Origin: an uncultured Gemmatimonadales bacterium
GTDB lineage: Bacteria; Gemmatimonadota; Gemmatimonadetes; Gemmatimonadales; GWC2-71-9
Assembly (NCBI GenBank): GCA_963842945.1
Contig: CAWJIM010000001.1
Coordinates: forward strand, 96,001 to 160,000
Reading direction: 5' to 3'
DNA length: 64,000 nucleotides
The notes beneath the pieces are model-generated. The model ran no database searches. It was not told the origin of the DNA and worked only from the letters and a program-made list of their open reading frames with translations. Both the position numbers and the translations under genes were made by a program. This document shows positions 1 to 10,190 of the stretch, one piece after another; the stretch's first letter is position 1; every line of letters starts with the position of its first letter.

Positions 1-266
1 GGAAGGGTTGGGCGGCGCTGCGCGGGATCCTCCAATAACCGCTGCAGGAATGCGTTCTCGTCCTGAAGCGTCTGTACGCTGCGCGCCAAATCATCGATCT
101 CGGCTTCCAGCAGCTCGACCTTCTTAGCCAGATCGGAGAGAGCCGGTGGAGTCTGCTGAGGTCCCTCCAGTCGGCGGGCGAGGGCCCGACCTATGGGAGA
201 GTCCACCACGATGCCCATGATGGGGATGAGAAGTGCGACGAGTAGAATCAACGCAATGACCGACAT
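1..266 (-). CDS. Small membrane protein with coiled-coil tail (3' end runs off window)
   Basis: Hand translation from ATG 266: MSVIALILLVALLIPIMGIVVDSPIGRALARRLEG...KKVELLEAEIDDLARSVQTLQDENAFLQRLL; open to position 1; not in ORF track. Confidence 0.8.
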   Translation of the reverse strand, partial: MSVIALILLVALLIPIMGIVVDSPIGRALARRLEGPQQTPPALSDLAKKVELLEAEIDDLARSVQTLQDENAFLQRLLEDPAQRRPTL

Positions 267-275
267 TGGTCGAGT

Positions 276-1805
276 CTACGACGGGTGCAGGGCCCCTTCA
301 AGGGCCGCGGCATACCAGGCTTCGATGCTCTCGCTCAATTCTTCGAGCAACGTCGGGCCATAACGGGCCAGGAATGAGGCTATGGTCAGGAGCCGTTCCT
401 GCGGTTGCCCCTCGGGAAGCACAAGGGCGCGAGCTCGGGCGAGCTGTCCCAGCTCGACTTCCTGTCTCCGCTTCAAGTGCTGGACCAGCTTCTTCTCGAC
501 GTCTTTGAGCGCGGCGAGCGCCTGATTCTTGGTTCCCTGCACCGACTTGGTCAGCGTCGGATCGATCTCGGTCGCTCCCCGAGCCAGTCGGTCGTAGCCC
601 GCGATCAGCTCCTCCTGAAGTGACTGCAGTGTGCGGGTGACGGAGTCGGGCAGCTGAGACCTCACCAGTCTGGCCTCGAGCGCCCCGGGAGGCTCCAGAA
701 GTTCGAGGAGATCGATACCGAATTTCTCCAGGATCCGGTCGACCTTCGGCTCCACGATCACCCCTGACCAGCGGGGTAGAACCGTCTGTCGCGGAACCCG
801 CATCCGCTCATAGATCGGCGGCGTGAGGGCAAGGTATTTGAGCTCCCCGGGGCCACCAAGATAGGCCACCGTGGGTAACAGGGCGCTCTCCACAACCGGT
901 CGGAGCAGCACATTGGGCGACAGCCGCTCCGGCTCGGCAGCGGCAATGCGCTGGAGCGCCTCGAGATCGTAGCGTTGCCGGCCCCGGCGGGTGATATAGC
1001 TGCCGTCGTCCAGGAGCAGTCGATCTCTTCCCATCGGCCCCTCCAGCATGACCAGCGTAGCACCGTCCCCAACCGGAACTCCTGGATCCATCCCGAGGGT
1101 CATCAGCTCGTGCGCTCGATGCTCCAGATCCGCGTCCAGCTCTTGCGCCAGTCCCAGCGCCCGGATGAGCAGGCGTGCCGCTGCCCGTTTCACCGCTGGA
1201 TGAGTGCTCTGGAGACAGACGATACCTACTGGGGCGAGCAATTCAGCCAATGCTCCGGCAAAGCCGGCGGCAAGGCTGACTTCCGGCCGATAGTGCCGGC
1301 GCAGCCAGTCAACGGTCCAGGTGCGAAACTCGGAGGCGGGTAGATCGGCGGCGAAAGTGTCCAGCATCTCCCAGATCTTGCCGCCCAGCTGCTCGCGATA
1401 CAGCGGTGTGAGCGGCGCATCCGGCGGTCGGGGAGGAAGAGATATGTTGCGGACCCCACCATCGCCGGTGATCCAGCTGGTGTGGCTTGCCTCGGCAAAG
1501 TCGTGGTCGTCTCCAGCCACCCAGAACACCGGAACAACCGGCCGTTGCCACTGCCGTTCCATTATTCGGGCCAGCGCAGCGGTCGATAGTGCCTTGTAAA
1601 TGGTGTACAGCGGACCGGTGAACAATCCGGGCTGCTGGCCGGTGGTCACCACCAACGCACCAGGCTCTGTCAGGCGACCCAGTGCCGAGTCTCGGGCAGG
1701 ACTCGCCACAAAGGCTTCGGCCAGGGCCGGATCGAAGGCTCCTTCTCTGACTGAGGGGAACTCCGCGATCGAGCCCAGTGGCGTCGGTACCAGGCGCAAC
1801 GTCAT
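276..1805 (-). CDS. bshC: Bacillithiol biosynthesis cysteine-adding enzyme BshC
   Basis: 509 aa; motifs VVTTGQQPGLFTGPLYTIYKA, VFWVAGDDHDFAE, SPNVLLRP, YLGGPGELKY, PQER. Confidence 0.93.
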   Translation of the reverse strand: MTLRLVPTPLGSIAEFPSVREGAFDPALAEAFVASPARDSALGRLTEPGALVVTTGQQPGLFTGPLYTIYKALSTAALARIMERQWQRPVVPVFWVAGDDHDFAEASHTSWITGDGGVRNISLPPRPPDAPLTPLYREQLGGKIWEMLDTFAADLPASEFRTWTVDWLRRHYRPEVSLAAGFAGALAELLAPVGIVCLQSTHPAVKRAAARLLIRALGLAQELDADLEHRAHELMTLGMDPGVPVGDGATLVMLEGPMGRDRLLLDDGSYITRRGRQRYDLEALQRIAAAEPERLSPNVLLRPVVESALLPTVAYLGGPGELKYLALTPPIYERMRVPRQTVLPRWSGVIVEPKVDRILEKFGIDLLELLEPPGALEARLVRSQLPDSVTRTLQSLQEELIAGYDRLARGATEIDPTLTKSVQGTKNQALAALKDVEKKLVQHLKRRQEVELGQLARARALVLPEGQPQERLLTIASFLARYGPTLLEELSESIEAWYAAALEGALHPS

Positions 1806-2518
1806 GCGACCTGTCCCATGATAATGGTGCGGGGAGACGCCGGGTTGAATGGTGCGGCATCGTAGTTACCAAAACGTTGCCGAATTTCGACGCCGGCGCT
1901 CTCCATCATGTGGGAGATCTGGTCGGGCTCGAACAGCCGCACCCGCTCCTGATACTGCCGACCCGCCGGCGCCTGAATCTGCTTGCACACATATCGGCCA
2001 TCGGGAGACACCGATCGGGTGACTCGAACAGCGTGCCCGCCCAGCTCCAGTGTTTCCTGGGGCACCAACTGGCGCCGAACCGCCGCGGGATTCAGGAAGT
2101 CGATCACGAACCAGCCACCAGGTCGCAAAGTGGAGATCATCTCCCGCAGGGCCATGACGTGCTCGGCGTCACGCTCGAAATATCCGAAGCTGGTAAAGAG
2201 ATTGACCGTGAGGTCCATCGAACCCGGGCGGACGGGGAGCCGGCGCATGTCTGCCCGGATGAGGGGTGCCGTGCTGACTTTGCGAGCGATTCGCAGCAGC
2301 GTCGCCGAGAGATCGAGCCCAAAGCAACAGGCTCCAGCCTGCACGAATGCGCGGGCATGGCGTCCGGCACCACAGGCTACATCCAGAACCCGCCACCCCG
2401 GGCGAAGGCCGACGGACTGGCTGATGAGCGCCACGGCGCGGGCCGCGTCGGCTTCGTCACGATGAGGATACAAGCGGAGGTAGTCTTCACCGAACCACTC
2501 TTCGAACCATTCGGTCAT
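1802..2518 (-). CDS. Class I SAM-dependent methyltransferase
   Basis: VLDVACGAGRH SAM motif, ADMRRLP, NLFTSFGYF; 4-nt overlap with bshC. Confidence 0.9.
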   Translation of the reverse strand: MTEWFEEWFGEDYLRLYPHRDEADAARAVALISQSVGLRPGWRVLDVACGAGRHARAFVQAGACCFGLDLSATLLRIARKVSTAPLIRADMRRLPVRPGSMDLTVNLFTSFGYFERDAEHVMALREMISTLRPGGWFVIDFLNPAAVRRQLVPQETLELGGHAVRVTRSVSPDGRYVCKQIQAPAGRQYQERVRLFEPDQISHMMESAGVEIRQRFGNYDAAPFNPASPRTIIMGQVA

Positions 2519-2985
2519 GACTCGCGGGCCTTATGGTACGGCTCTCGGCGAAGAATCGTATAGGCTCGATAGAGCTGCTCGCACAGAATGACCCGGGCGA
2601 GCTCATGGGGAAACGTCAGCGGCCCCAGACTCCAACGGGCCGATGCCCGCGCGATTACCGAGGAATCGAGGCCGGAGGAGCCTCCGATCAAAAAGGCGAG
2701 CGGCCGGGCCTGCAGCAGCCAGCGGTCGAGCTGACGGGCGAGTTCGCTGCTGGACCAGCCTATGCCCTCCCGCGCCAGGGCCACAACCGTACTGCCATCA
2801 GGGATCTTCACCTTCAGCCTCACTGCCTCCTCCGCTTGTTGGGCTGAGGTGGTGGGAGCCCGGCTGGCCTCGCGGACCTCCTGCTCCCGAACGTGAGCGT
2901 AGCGTCGGAGCCGGCGAATGTAGTCGTCAGCAGCTTGGCGGTAGTACGGCCGGAGCTTCCCAACCGCTACGATCTCGATGTCCAC
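2515..2985 (-). CDS. rlmH: 23S rRNA pseudouridine-1915 N3-methyltransferase
   Basis: IVAVGK, FLIGGSSG, SLGPLTFPHELARVILCEQLYRA, PYHK. Confidence 0.95.
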   Translation of the reverse strand: MDIEIVAVGKLRPYYRQAADDYIRRLRRYAHVREQEVREASRAPTTSAQQAEEAVRLKVKIPDGSTVVALAREGIGWSSSELARQLDRWLLQARPLAFLIGGSSGLDSSVIARASARWSLGPLTFPHELARVILCEQLYRAYTILRREPYHKARES

Positions 2986-3000
2986 GCGTTAGGTCCATGC

Positions 3001-3050
3001 CTCCCGTCTTCCCTGCTACCCCGCGGCCGATCTGCCCCGCTGCCGCGCTA
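3001..3050. repeat. Degenerate 8-nt tandem repeats (GCGGGGNA-like on minus strand)
   Basis: Minus strand GCGCGGCA GCGGGGCA ... GCGGGGTA GCAGGGAA in gdhA-rlmH spacer. Confidence 0.45.
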
Positions 3051-4355
3051 TCAGGCATACATCCCTCTGAGCCGGTGCACCGCAGCGACCCGCTCGATGG
3101 CCTGCATGTACGCCCCAATCCGCATATTGATGCCGTGCCGGCCGGCCATGGAGGCGACTTCCTCGAAGGATTGCACCATGATGCGTTCCAATCGCTGGTT
3201 CACGGTGTCTTCGTCCCAGAAGTATCCCCCGCGGTCCTGAACCCATTCGAAGTAGCTGACGGTGACGCCTCCCGCATTGGCCAGGATATCGGGGATGACG
3301 AACACCCCGTTTTCTTCCAAGATCTTGTCCGCGCCGGCAGTGGTGGGGCCGTTGGCGCCCTCGCAAATGATCCGAGCCTTGATGTCGCCCGCGTTGTGGC
3401 TGGTGATCACATTCTCCAGCGCAGCCGGCACCAGGACGTCGCAGTCCAGGGTGAGCAGTTGCTCGTTGGTAATTTTTTCGGCCTCGGGATAGCCGCTCAG
3501 GAACCGGTGTTGCCTGACGTGCTGAATCACCTCGCGGACCCGCAGGCCCTTGGGGTTGTAGATCCCGCCCGACTTGTCGCTGACCGCGATGATCTTCATG
3601 CCCTGCTGCTCCATCAGCGCCGCAGAGACTGAGCCCACATTGCCGAACCCCTGGACCGCCACCCTGGTGCCCTGCACCGGCATTCTGAGGCGATTGAGTG
3701 CCTGGCGGGTGACGAGCATGCACCCCCGTCCCGTCGCCTCTCGGCGGCCGAGCGAGCCGCCCATTTCGACCGGCTTCCCGGTTACCACCGCGGTGACCGT
3801 GTGCCGCTTGTGCATGGAGTAGGTGTCCATGATCCAGGCCATCACCCGCTCATTGGTGTTCATATCGGGGGCGGGAACGTCGGAATCGGGTCCCAGGACC
3901 TCGATAATGGCCGAGGTATATCGGCGGGTGACTCGCTCCAGCTCGACATTGGACATGCTTGCCGGATCGCAGACTACGCCGCCCTTGGAACCACCGAAGG
4001 GGATGTTCACGACGGCGCATTTCCAGGTCATCCACGCCGCCAGCGCTTTCACCTCGTCCAGGGTCACGTTGAGATCGAAACGGATGCCGCCTTTGGCGGG
4101 CCCGCGCGACGTGTTATAGAGCACCCGGTAGCCGGTGTAGACGTCCACATCGCCGTTGTCCCGGAGAATGGGCACCGAGACGATTATCTGTTTTTCCGGG
4201 CTGCGGAGCACCTTGTACAGACCAGGGTCGAGATTCAGCCGCTGGGCCGCGTAGTCGAAGCGGGACATCATCGCCTCGAATGGATTCTCCTCGGCGAGGA
4301 ACTTGTCTTTATCGGGGCGGATGAGGTCTTGATTGGGACGGCTGACGGTGGTCAT
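3051..4355 (-). CDS. gdhA: Glu/Leu/Phe/Val dehydrogenase (glutamate dehydrogenase)
   Basis: [49 protein letters not shown]. Confidence 0.93.
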   Translation of the reverse strand: MTTVSRPNQDLIRPDKDKFLAEENPFEAMMSRFDYAAQRLNLDPGLYKVLRSPEKQIIVSVPILRDNGDVDVYTGYRVLYNTSRGPAKGGIRFDLNVTLDEVKALAAWMTWKCAVVNIPFGGSKGGVVCDPASMSNVELERVTRRYTSAIIEVLGPDSDVPAPDMNTNERVMAWIMDTYSMHKRHTVTAVVTGKPVEMGGSLGRREATGRGCMLVTRQALNRLRMPVQGTRVAVQGFGNVGSVSAALMEQQGMKIIAVSDKSGGIYNPKGLRVREVIQHVRQHRFLSGYPEAEKITNEQLLTLDCDVLVPAALENVITSHNAGDIKARIICEGANGPTTAGADKILEENGVFVIPDILANAGGVTVSYFEWVQDRGGYFWDEDTVNQRLERIMVQSFEEVASMAGRHGINMRIGAYMQAIERVAAVHRLRGMYA

Positions 4356-4382
4356 ATCGCTCCGGTACGCTCCGAAAGATGT

Positions 4383-5423
4383 TTACAGTCGCTCCACTGG
4401 GGTGACGACGGTATCCAGCGCGGCGGCAATCTCCTCACCGCCCTCCTCCCAGTGAAGATCCAGCATTGCCACCAGCGGCTCCGGCACCGAGCTAGGCCAG
4501 CGGTTTCGCAGCTTGACGGCATCCTTCTGAGTGATCACCACATGATCCGCCCGCCGGGCCGCGTGGGCCAACCAGGCCACATCCTCGTCGCGGTAGTCAT
4601 GATGATCTTTCCAGGTGGCCACCTGCACCGCCGCGCCGGTTGCCTTGGTCTGCGCCACAAAAGCGTCCGGGTCCGCTATCCCGGACGCCGCCACCACCCG
4701 TTTCCCGGCCAGGCTTGAAGCCGGATGGCGAAGTCCGCTGACCATGCCCTCCACGTACTGCAGGCCCAGATGAGCGATAGCGACCGGGCCCTTTATCCTG
4801 GTTTGCAGGTCGGCGGCCAGGGTGAGGGCCGCCTCCGGCGTCGCCCGCTTTCTGGTCACGACTACCGCATCGGCCCGTTCCAATGCCCGGAGACCTTCGC
4901 GCCAAGGACCCGCCGGCAGTGGCCAGCGGACGGCGCGGGTAGTTTCGGCGCTCACCACCGCGATATTCAGGTCCCGCCGCACGTCCAGCCGCTGATACGC
5001 GTCGTCCAGCACTAGTACTTGGGCTCCACGTGCGAGCGCACGCTCGGCACCGGCCGCCCGGTCCGGATCGGCGACGACCTGGGCCTCCGGAACGGCATGC
5101 TGGTGCACCAGCACCTCGTCGTTTCCGTACCCCCGCAGCAGGATCCCGGGAACCAGTCCTCGGGAGACGTAATAGCGGGCCGTCCAGATCGCGATCGGCG
5201 TCTTGCCCGATCCACCCACGGTGAGATTCCCGATGGCCACCGAGGGCAGCGGTAGATCATGCACCGCCAGCCAGCCCCGCCGATAGGCGGATTCTCTGGC
5301 GGCCATGGCCCCGCGCCAGAGTGCCGCGGCCGGAAGCAACGCCAGCCGTACCAGTCTGGCATCCGGTCTCCGGCTGGTCCAGAGCCAGCGGACTACGCGA
5401 TGGCTATCGCCTCTGCGTGCCAT
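4383..5423 (-). CDS. lpxK: Tetraacyldisaccharide 4'-kinase
   Basis: IGNLTVGGSGKTP, RGYG, LDDAYQ, LPAGPWRE, DHHDY, TQKDAVK; start placed at ATG 5423. Confidence 0.92.
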   Translation of the reverse strand: MARRGDSHRVVRWLWTSRRPDARLVRLALLPAAALWRGAMAARESAYRRGWLAVHDLPLPSVAIGNLTVGGSGKTPIAIWTARYYVSRGLVPGILLRGYGNDEVLVHQHAVPEAQVVADPDRAAGAERALARGAQVLVLDDAYQRLDVRRDLNIAVVSAETTRAVRWPLPAGPWREGLRALERADAVVVTRKRATPEAALTLAADLQTRIKGPVAIAHLGLQYVEGMVSGLRHPASSLAGKRVVAASGIADPDAFVAQTKATGAAVQVATWKDHHDYRDEDVAWLAHAARRADHVVITQKDAVKLRNRWPSSVPEPLVAMLDLHWEEGGEEIAAALDTVVTPVERL

Positions 5424-6049
5424 GCGTCGGTCCGGCAGAGCTGAGCAAGACTGGCTGAAGCGCGGGCGACACCTTCGGCAAGGCCATCGTCTCCTTGGTT
5501 GACTTCGAACGGGATTCCATAGGTGACCTGCACCCGGGCGAACGGCCGGGGAATCATGAAACGATCCCAAGAATGTAACCGCCAGGCCGGGTCGGACTCG
5601 GCGTGGACCGGAATAACAATGGCATTCCCGCGCTGTGCTGCGGCAATGACACCGGGTTTGAGCTCGCGCCGAGGCCCCCGAGGTCCATCCGGGGTAAAAG
5701 CCACGGACCGGCCGGCGCGGAGCTCTCGCACCGCTGCCAGCAAGGCTCGAGCACCACCCCGGGTGCTCGAGCCGTAGAGTGCCCGGTAGCCGAGCGAGGT
5801 GGCAAAATCAGCCAGGTACTGCCCATCCCGCGCCTCGCTGACCACGATGGCAACGCCCTGGCCCCGGTGTTGCCAAAGCAGCGGGAGCAACGTTTCGTGC
5901 CAGAGCAGGTATACGTGGGGCCGGCGCGCCAGATATATCTCGCGCCAGCGCTCCTCGTGATGCAGCTCGATCCGCCAGGATGAGGCCAACACCTTCATCG
6001 CAGGACCCGCTACCAGGCGAGCCGCTCGGGGGGAGAGCCTCAGTCGCAC
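5393..6049 (-). CDS. DUF374 / lysophospholipid acyltransferase family protein (LpxJ-like)
   Basis: LLWH, VSEARDG, GSSTRGG, FTPDGPRGP, SWDRFMIPRPF. Confidence 0.85.
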   Translation of the reverse strand: MRLRLSPRAARLVAGPAMKVLASSWRIELHHEERWREIYLARRPHVYLLWHETLLPLLWQHRGQGVAIVVSEARDGQYLADFATSLGYRALYGSSTRGGARALLAAVRELRAGRSVAFTPDGPRGPRRELKPGVIAAAQRGNAIVIPVHAESDPAWRLHSWDRFMIPRPFARVQVTYGIPFEVNQGDDGLAEGVARASASLAQLCRTDAWHAEAIAIA

Positions 6050-7174
6050 GGTCTGAGCAGCTCACCGGCCAGCGCAACAACCCGGTTCGACGCCCCGGGG
6101 TCGCCGAGACGCTCCCGCACCAGAGCCAGACCTTCCCTTTGGCGGATCGTCCGTGGATCGGCCGGGTCGAGCAGCGGCCGAAGCTGCGCGGCCAGCTCAT
6201 CGGCGGAAGCACGGTCCTGCAGTACCTCCGGCACGATCTCTCGATCCGCAACCAGATTGACCAGGCTCACCCACTTCACGGTCCGCACCCGCTGAAAAAC
6301 CTTCCAGCTGAGCTGATGAACTTTGTAGGCGACCACCATGGGAGTTCCCGCCAGCGCCGCCTCGAGCGTCGTGGTTCCCGACTTCACCAGCGCAGCATCG
6401 GCCGCAGCCAGTAACGTTGCGGTGTCCTCTCGAACGACTTCGAGGCCGTCCGGATCGGGATAGATGCCGTGTGCCGTGCCCGCTACGAGTACTCGGTCAC
6501 AACTTCCGTCCCCGAGCAGCTGGTACGCCGCGTCTCGAAACGGTTTCCAGAGTCTCCTGATCTCCTGGCTGCGACTTCCGGGGAAGATCGCCAGAGTCCG
6601 GCTTGCGCTCGGGATGCCCAATCGGGCCCGAGCCTCCTGGCGCGCGGGGCCAGGAGGCCGATCCACCAGCGGGTGACCCACGTAATCGCTCCTGACTCCG
6701 AGGCCGTTGAAAAACAGCTGCTCGAAGGGCAGCACAACCGCCAGGCGATCCACTGCCGCCGCGAGCCGGCGGGCTCGTTCCGGGCGCCAGGCCCAGAGCT
6801 GCGGTGCGATATAGTACAGGACCTTGGTCCCCGCGCGATGGGCCGCTTCCGCCACCCGGAGATGAAAACCCGGATAGTCCACCAGTATCGCCAGATCGTA
6901 GCGGCCTACCCGGAAGTCTCCCTGCAGCGCGCGCAGCAGGCGATAATGGGCGCGGATCTTGGTGACAATCTCGACAACGCCGAATGCCGCCAGGCCTTCC
7001 ATGGGATAGCGGATGTTGGCCCCGGCATCTTCCATATGGGGTCCGCCCAGGGCCTCTATGGTTATCGCCGGGATAGCGCTCTGCCAGCGCGCGAACCACA
7101 GGGGCTGCATGCAGGTCTCCGGACGGTTCACCGGCGGAGACGAAGATGCGAGGCGTGCCCCGCTGCAGCATCAA
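6040..7174 (-). CDS. lpxB: Lipid-A-disaccharide synthase (frameshift near 7070, likely sequencing error)
   Basis: SAGEPSGDLH in one frame, then VDYPGF, YYIAPQLWAWR, VGHPL, PGSR, KSGTTTLE in the next. Confidence 0.92.
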
Positions 7175-8149
7175 TGGGTGGAGGCGGCCAGCGGCTGGGT
7201 GCGGACCGCATCCGCAACCCGCAGGGCGAGTGCCAGGGCCGCGCGGCCTTCCTCCCCGCGAACCACGACCTCGCGTTGGCCGCGAACGGCGTGCACAAAG
7301 CTCTGAAGCTCCAGCGCCAGCGCATCGGCCTCGGGAGCTTCCAGGACGATGCGCTCCACCACGTCGGCGAGCTCCCGCCCCGTTCCAGGCTGCCAGCCGT
7401 TACGCACCCGCATGAATTCGCCGCCCCCGCTCGCCAGATCGAGAGAGAGATAGCCATTGGGCTGAAAGAGCCGGAGCCGCCGGATCTCGTTCGCGGGCCA
7501 CCCGTGAGGCGGTCGCTAGGGCCACGGCGCCGTTGGCGAACTCGACCCGGGCATTGGCTAGATCCAGATGCGACGAGAGCACCGAGATACCCGATGCTCT
7601 CACCTCAGTGGCCATGCCGCCGCCGGTCAAGTGAAGAACAAGGTCAAGGTCGTGAATCATCAGATCCAGGACCACGGCTACGTCGGTGCCCCGCGGCTGG
7701 AAGGGAGCCAGGCGCTGACTCTCGATGTACCGAGGGCCATCCAGGAATGGCTCCGCCGCCCGCAGCGCCCGGTTATAGCGCTCGATGTGGCCGACCTGCA
7801 GCTGAATACGCCGGCGGCGGGCGGCGGCGATCAGACGGTCGGCTTCCTCGAGCGTCGCGGCCAGAGGCTTCTCCATCAATACCGGAATCCCCAGCTCCAG
7901 GGCGCGAAGGCCCACCTCCGCGTGCACCGGTGTCGGGACGGCGATCGTGACGGCCTGGACCCGGGCCAGCAGGTCGTCCATTTCCACGAATGCCGCCGTC
8001 CTGAGCTCGGCCGCAACTTTCGCGGCGCGACCGGCGTCAATGTCGCATACCCCGACCAGACGAACCTCGTCCAACCTGGCCAGGTGCCGAGCATGATGTT
8101 GGCCGAGCGCGCCTACGCCGATGACGCCAACCGGAAGTCTGGTCCTCAC
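7171..8149 (-). CDS. Gfo/Idh/MocA oxidoreductase, GnnA-like (frameshift near 7490)
   Basis: GVGALGQHH, EKP, GHIERYN, DLMIHDLD; C-terminal part in 7171..7413 frame. Confidence 0.85.
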
Positions 8150-8922
8150 GCGGGAACACCCCGTTCACTGGACTCCACGAAAGCGAGGAAGCGCTCGACT
8201 TCGGGGATCGGCGGAAGGTCACTACGAGCTCGTTCCATGGCCTGGGAGAGGTTGAGGTCCGAGTTGAAGAAGAGACGATAGGCACGCTTTAGCGCGGCCA
8301 CGGTCTCACCGGAGAAGCCGGCCCGCTGCAGGCCGATCGAGTTGAGGCCATACAGCTCCATCGGATTCCCTACCGCTTTCACGTAAGGCGGGATGTCCTG
8401 GTTGACCCGCGATCCTCCGCCCACGAAGGCGTAGGTGCCGATGGTGACGAATTGATGGACGGCGTTGAGGCCACTGAGAATGGCCCGGTCGTGGATGGTG
8501 ACGTGCCCGGCACACTGGGTGGCATTGGCAATCACGACGTCATCACCGATATGGCAGTCATGGGCCAGATGCACGTAGGTCATGATGAAGCAGCGCGCGC
8601 CTACGGTGGTCTTGAACGTGGCGGTGGTGCCCCGATTGATCGTGGAGTATTCGCGGATGATGGTGCCTTCGCCCACCTCGACCCAGGTTTCTTCTCCCTG
8701 ATACTTGAGATCCTGGGGGTCGCCACCGAGGATCGAGCCGTCACCTACGTACACATCGTCAGCCAGCCGCACGTTGCGCTGGAGAGTTACCCGAGGGCCG
8801 AGCCGGCAACCGTCGCCCACCAGGACGTTGGGTCCGATGATGGTGTACGGCCCTACGGCCACTCCCTTGCCCAGCTCGGCAGAGGGATCGATGAGTGCCG
8901 TGGGATGAATGCTCGGGCTCAC
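8146..8922 (-). CDS. lpxA: UDP-N-acetylglucosamine acyltransferase
   Basis: IHPTA, hexapeptide repeats, PQDLKY, IREYSTINRGT, HLAHDC, VHQF, GLNSIGLQR. Confidence 0.96.
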   Translation of the reverse strand: MSPSIHPTALIDPSAELGKGVAVGPYTIIGPNVLVGDGCRLGPRVTLQRNVRLADDVYVGDGSILGGDPQDLKYQGEETWVEVGEGTIIREYSTINRGTTATFKTTVGARCFIMTYVHLAHDCHIGDDVVIANATQCAGHVTIHDRAILSGLNAVHQFVTIGTYAFVGGGSRVNQDIPPYVKAVGNPMELYGLNSIGLQRAGFSGETVAALKRAYRLFFNSDLNLSQAMERARSDLPPIPEVERFLAFVESSERGVPA

Positions 8923-10190
8923 CGATCCACCACCCGGGCCATCATCTCAGCTTCGGCAACCACCTGGCCCTCGACATAGGCCATCCCTTTCATCCGGCAT
9001 GTCCGTCCCCGGTTCTGCAGCATCTCCAGCTCGCACCGCAGCTGGTCTCCGGGCAGCACCGGCCGGCGGAACTTCACGTTGTCGAGCGACATGAAGTAGA
9101 CCACTTTCTGATCGGGATCATCGATGGTGCCCAACAGCAGCATCCCTCCGACCTGCGCCATGGCCTCGATGATGAGCACTCCGGGCATGATCGGATGGCC
9201 GGGAAAGTGGCCCTGAAAGAAGGGCTCGTTGATGGTCACATTCTTGATGCCCACGATCCTCCTGGTACCCTCGACCTCGATGATCCGGTCTACCAGGAGA
9301 AACGGGTACCGGTGGGGAATGACGTCCAGAATTCTGCCGATGTCCATCACAACCCCTCCCACGCGTTGACCGGTGCGGGTGAGCCAGCGAGCCAGCGCAA
9401 TATTACCCTGATGGCTCGGCTTTGTGGCCACAATATGCCCCTCGATCCGTCCCCCGATCAGCGCCAGATCACCCAGAATGTCCCCAGCCTTATGGCGAAC
9501 GAACTCATCCGGCCAGCGCAGCGCTCCCCCCACCAGGCCGTCGTCCGAGAGCACCAGGGTTGACTCGAGAGCAGCACCCAGAGCCAATCCCCGGGCCCGG
9601 AGCGCCTCTGCCTCACGCAGAAAGCCGAAGGTTCGTGCCTCGGAAATTTCCTGAGCGAAGGCACCGGGAGTCATGTCGTACGAGCCGGTCTGCCGGCCGA
9701 TCAGCGGGTGATTCCACTCTATGGTCGTGGTAATCCGGAGCGATTTGGCGGGCGCCACCACGTACGACGAGTCACCTTCGGTCAAGTCGAAGGCGGTCGG
9801 GACCCGGTACACTACGGGATCGCCCGGCTGTTCCGCGATTCCGGCGTCGGCCAGCGCCTTGAGGTAGAGCGAGAAGGAGCCATCCCCGATGGGAGGTTCC
9901 GGGCCATCGAGCTCGATGGTGAGGTCATCCAACTGCAGCGCGGCCGCCGCCGCCAGCAGATGCTCGACGGTCTGTACGATGGTCTCTCCCTCTCCCAGCG
10001 CGGTGCGCCTCTCGGTGGACTGGACCATGCTCAGGCGGGCGGGAATGGTAGGATGGTCCGGCAGGTCGGTTCGCCGGAACACGATTCCCTGGCCGGCCGG
10101 ACCAGCCCGGCAAACCGCGGAAACATAGGAGCCGGTGTGAAGCCCGACTCCACTGACGCACGCGTCGTGCGCGAGTGTACGTCTAGGCAC
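8919..10190 (-). CDS. lpxC-fabZ: Bifunctional LpxC deacetylase / FabZ dehydratase
   Basis: [27 protein letters not shown], then [32 protein letters not shown] start 10190. Confidence 0.94.
   Translation of the reverse strand: MPRRTLAHDACVSGVGLHTGSYVSAVCRAGPAGQGIVFRRTDLPDHPTIPARLSMVQSTERRTALGEGETIVQTVEHLLAAAAALQLDDLTIELDGPEPPIGDGSFSLYLKALADAGIAEQPGDPVVYRVPTAFDLTEGDSSYVVAPAKSLRITTTIEWNHPLIGRQTGSYDMTPGAFAQEISEARTFGFLREAEALRARGLALGAALESTLVLSDDGLVGGALRWPDEFVRHKAGDILGDLALIGGRIEGHIVATKPSHQGNIALARWLTRTGQRVGGVVMDIGRILDVIPHRYPFLLVDRIIEVEGTRRIVGIKNVTINEPFFQGHFPGHPIMPGVLIIEAMAQVGGMLLLGTIDDPDQKVVYFMSLDNVKFRRPVLPGDQLRCELEMLQNRGRTCRMKGMAYVEGQVVAEAEMMARVVDR

Noticed and set aside
8919..10190. LpxC-FabZ fusion as a novelty
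   Set aside because: Real, but already well known in Bacteroidota/Chlorobiota and related lineages
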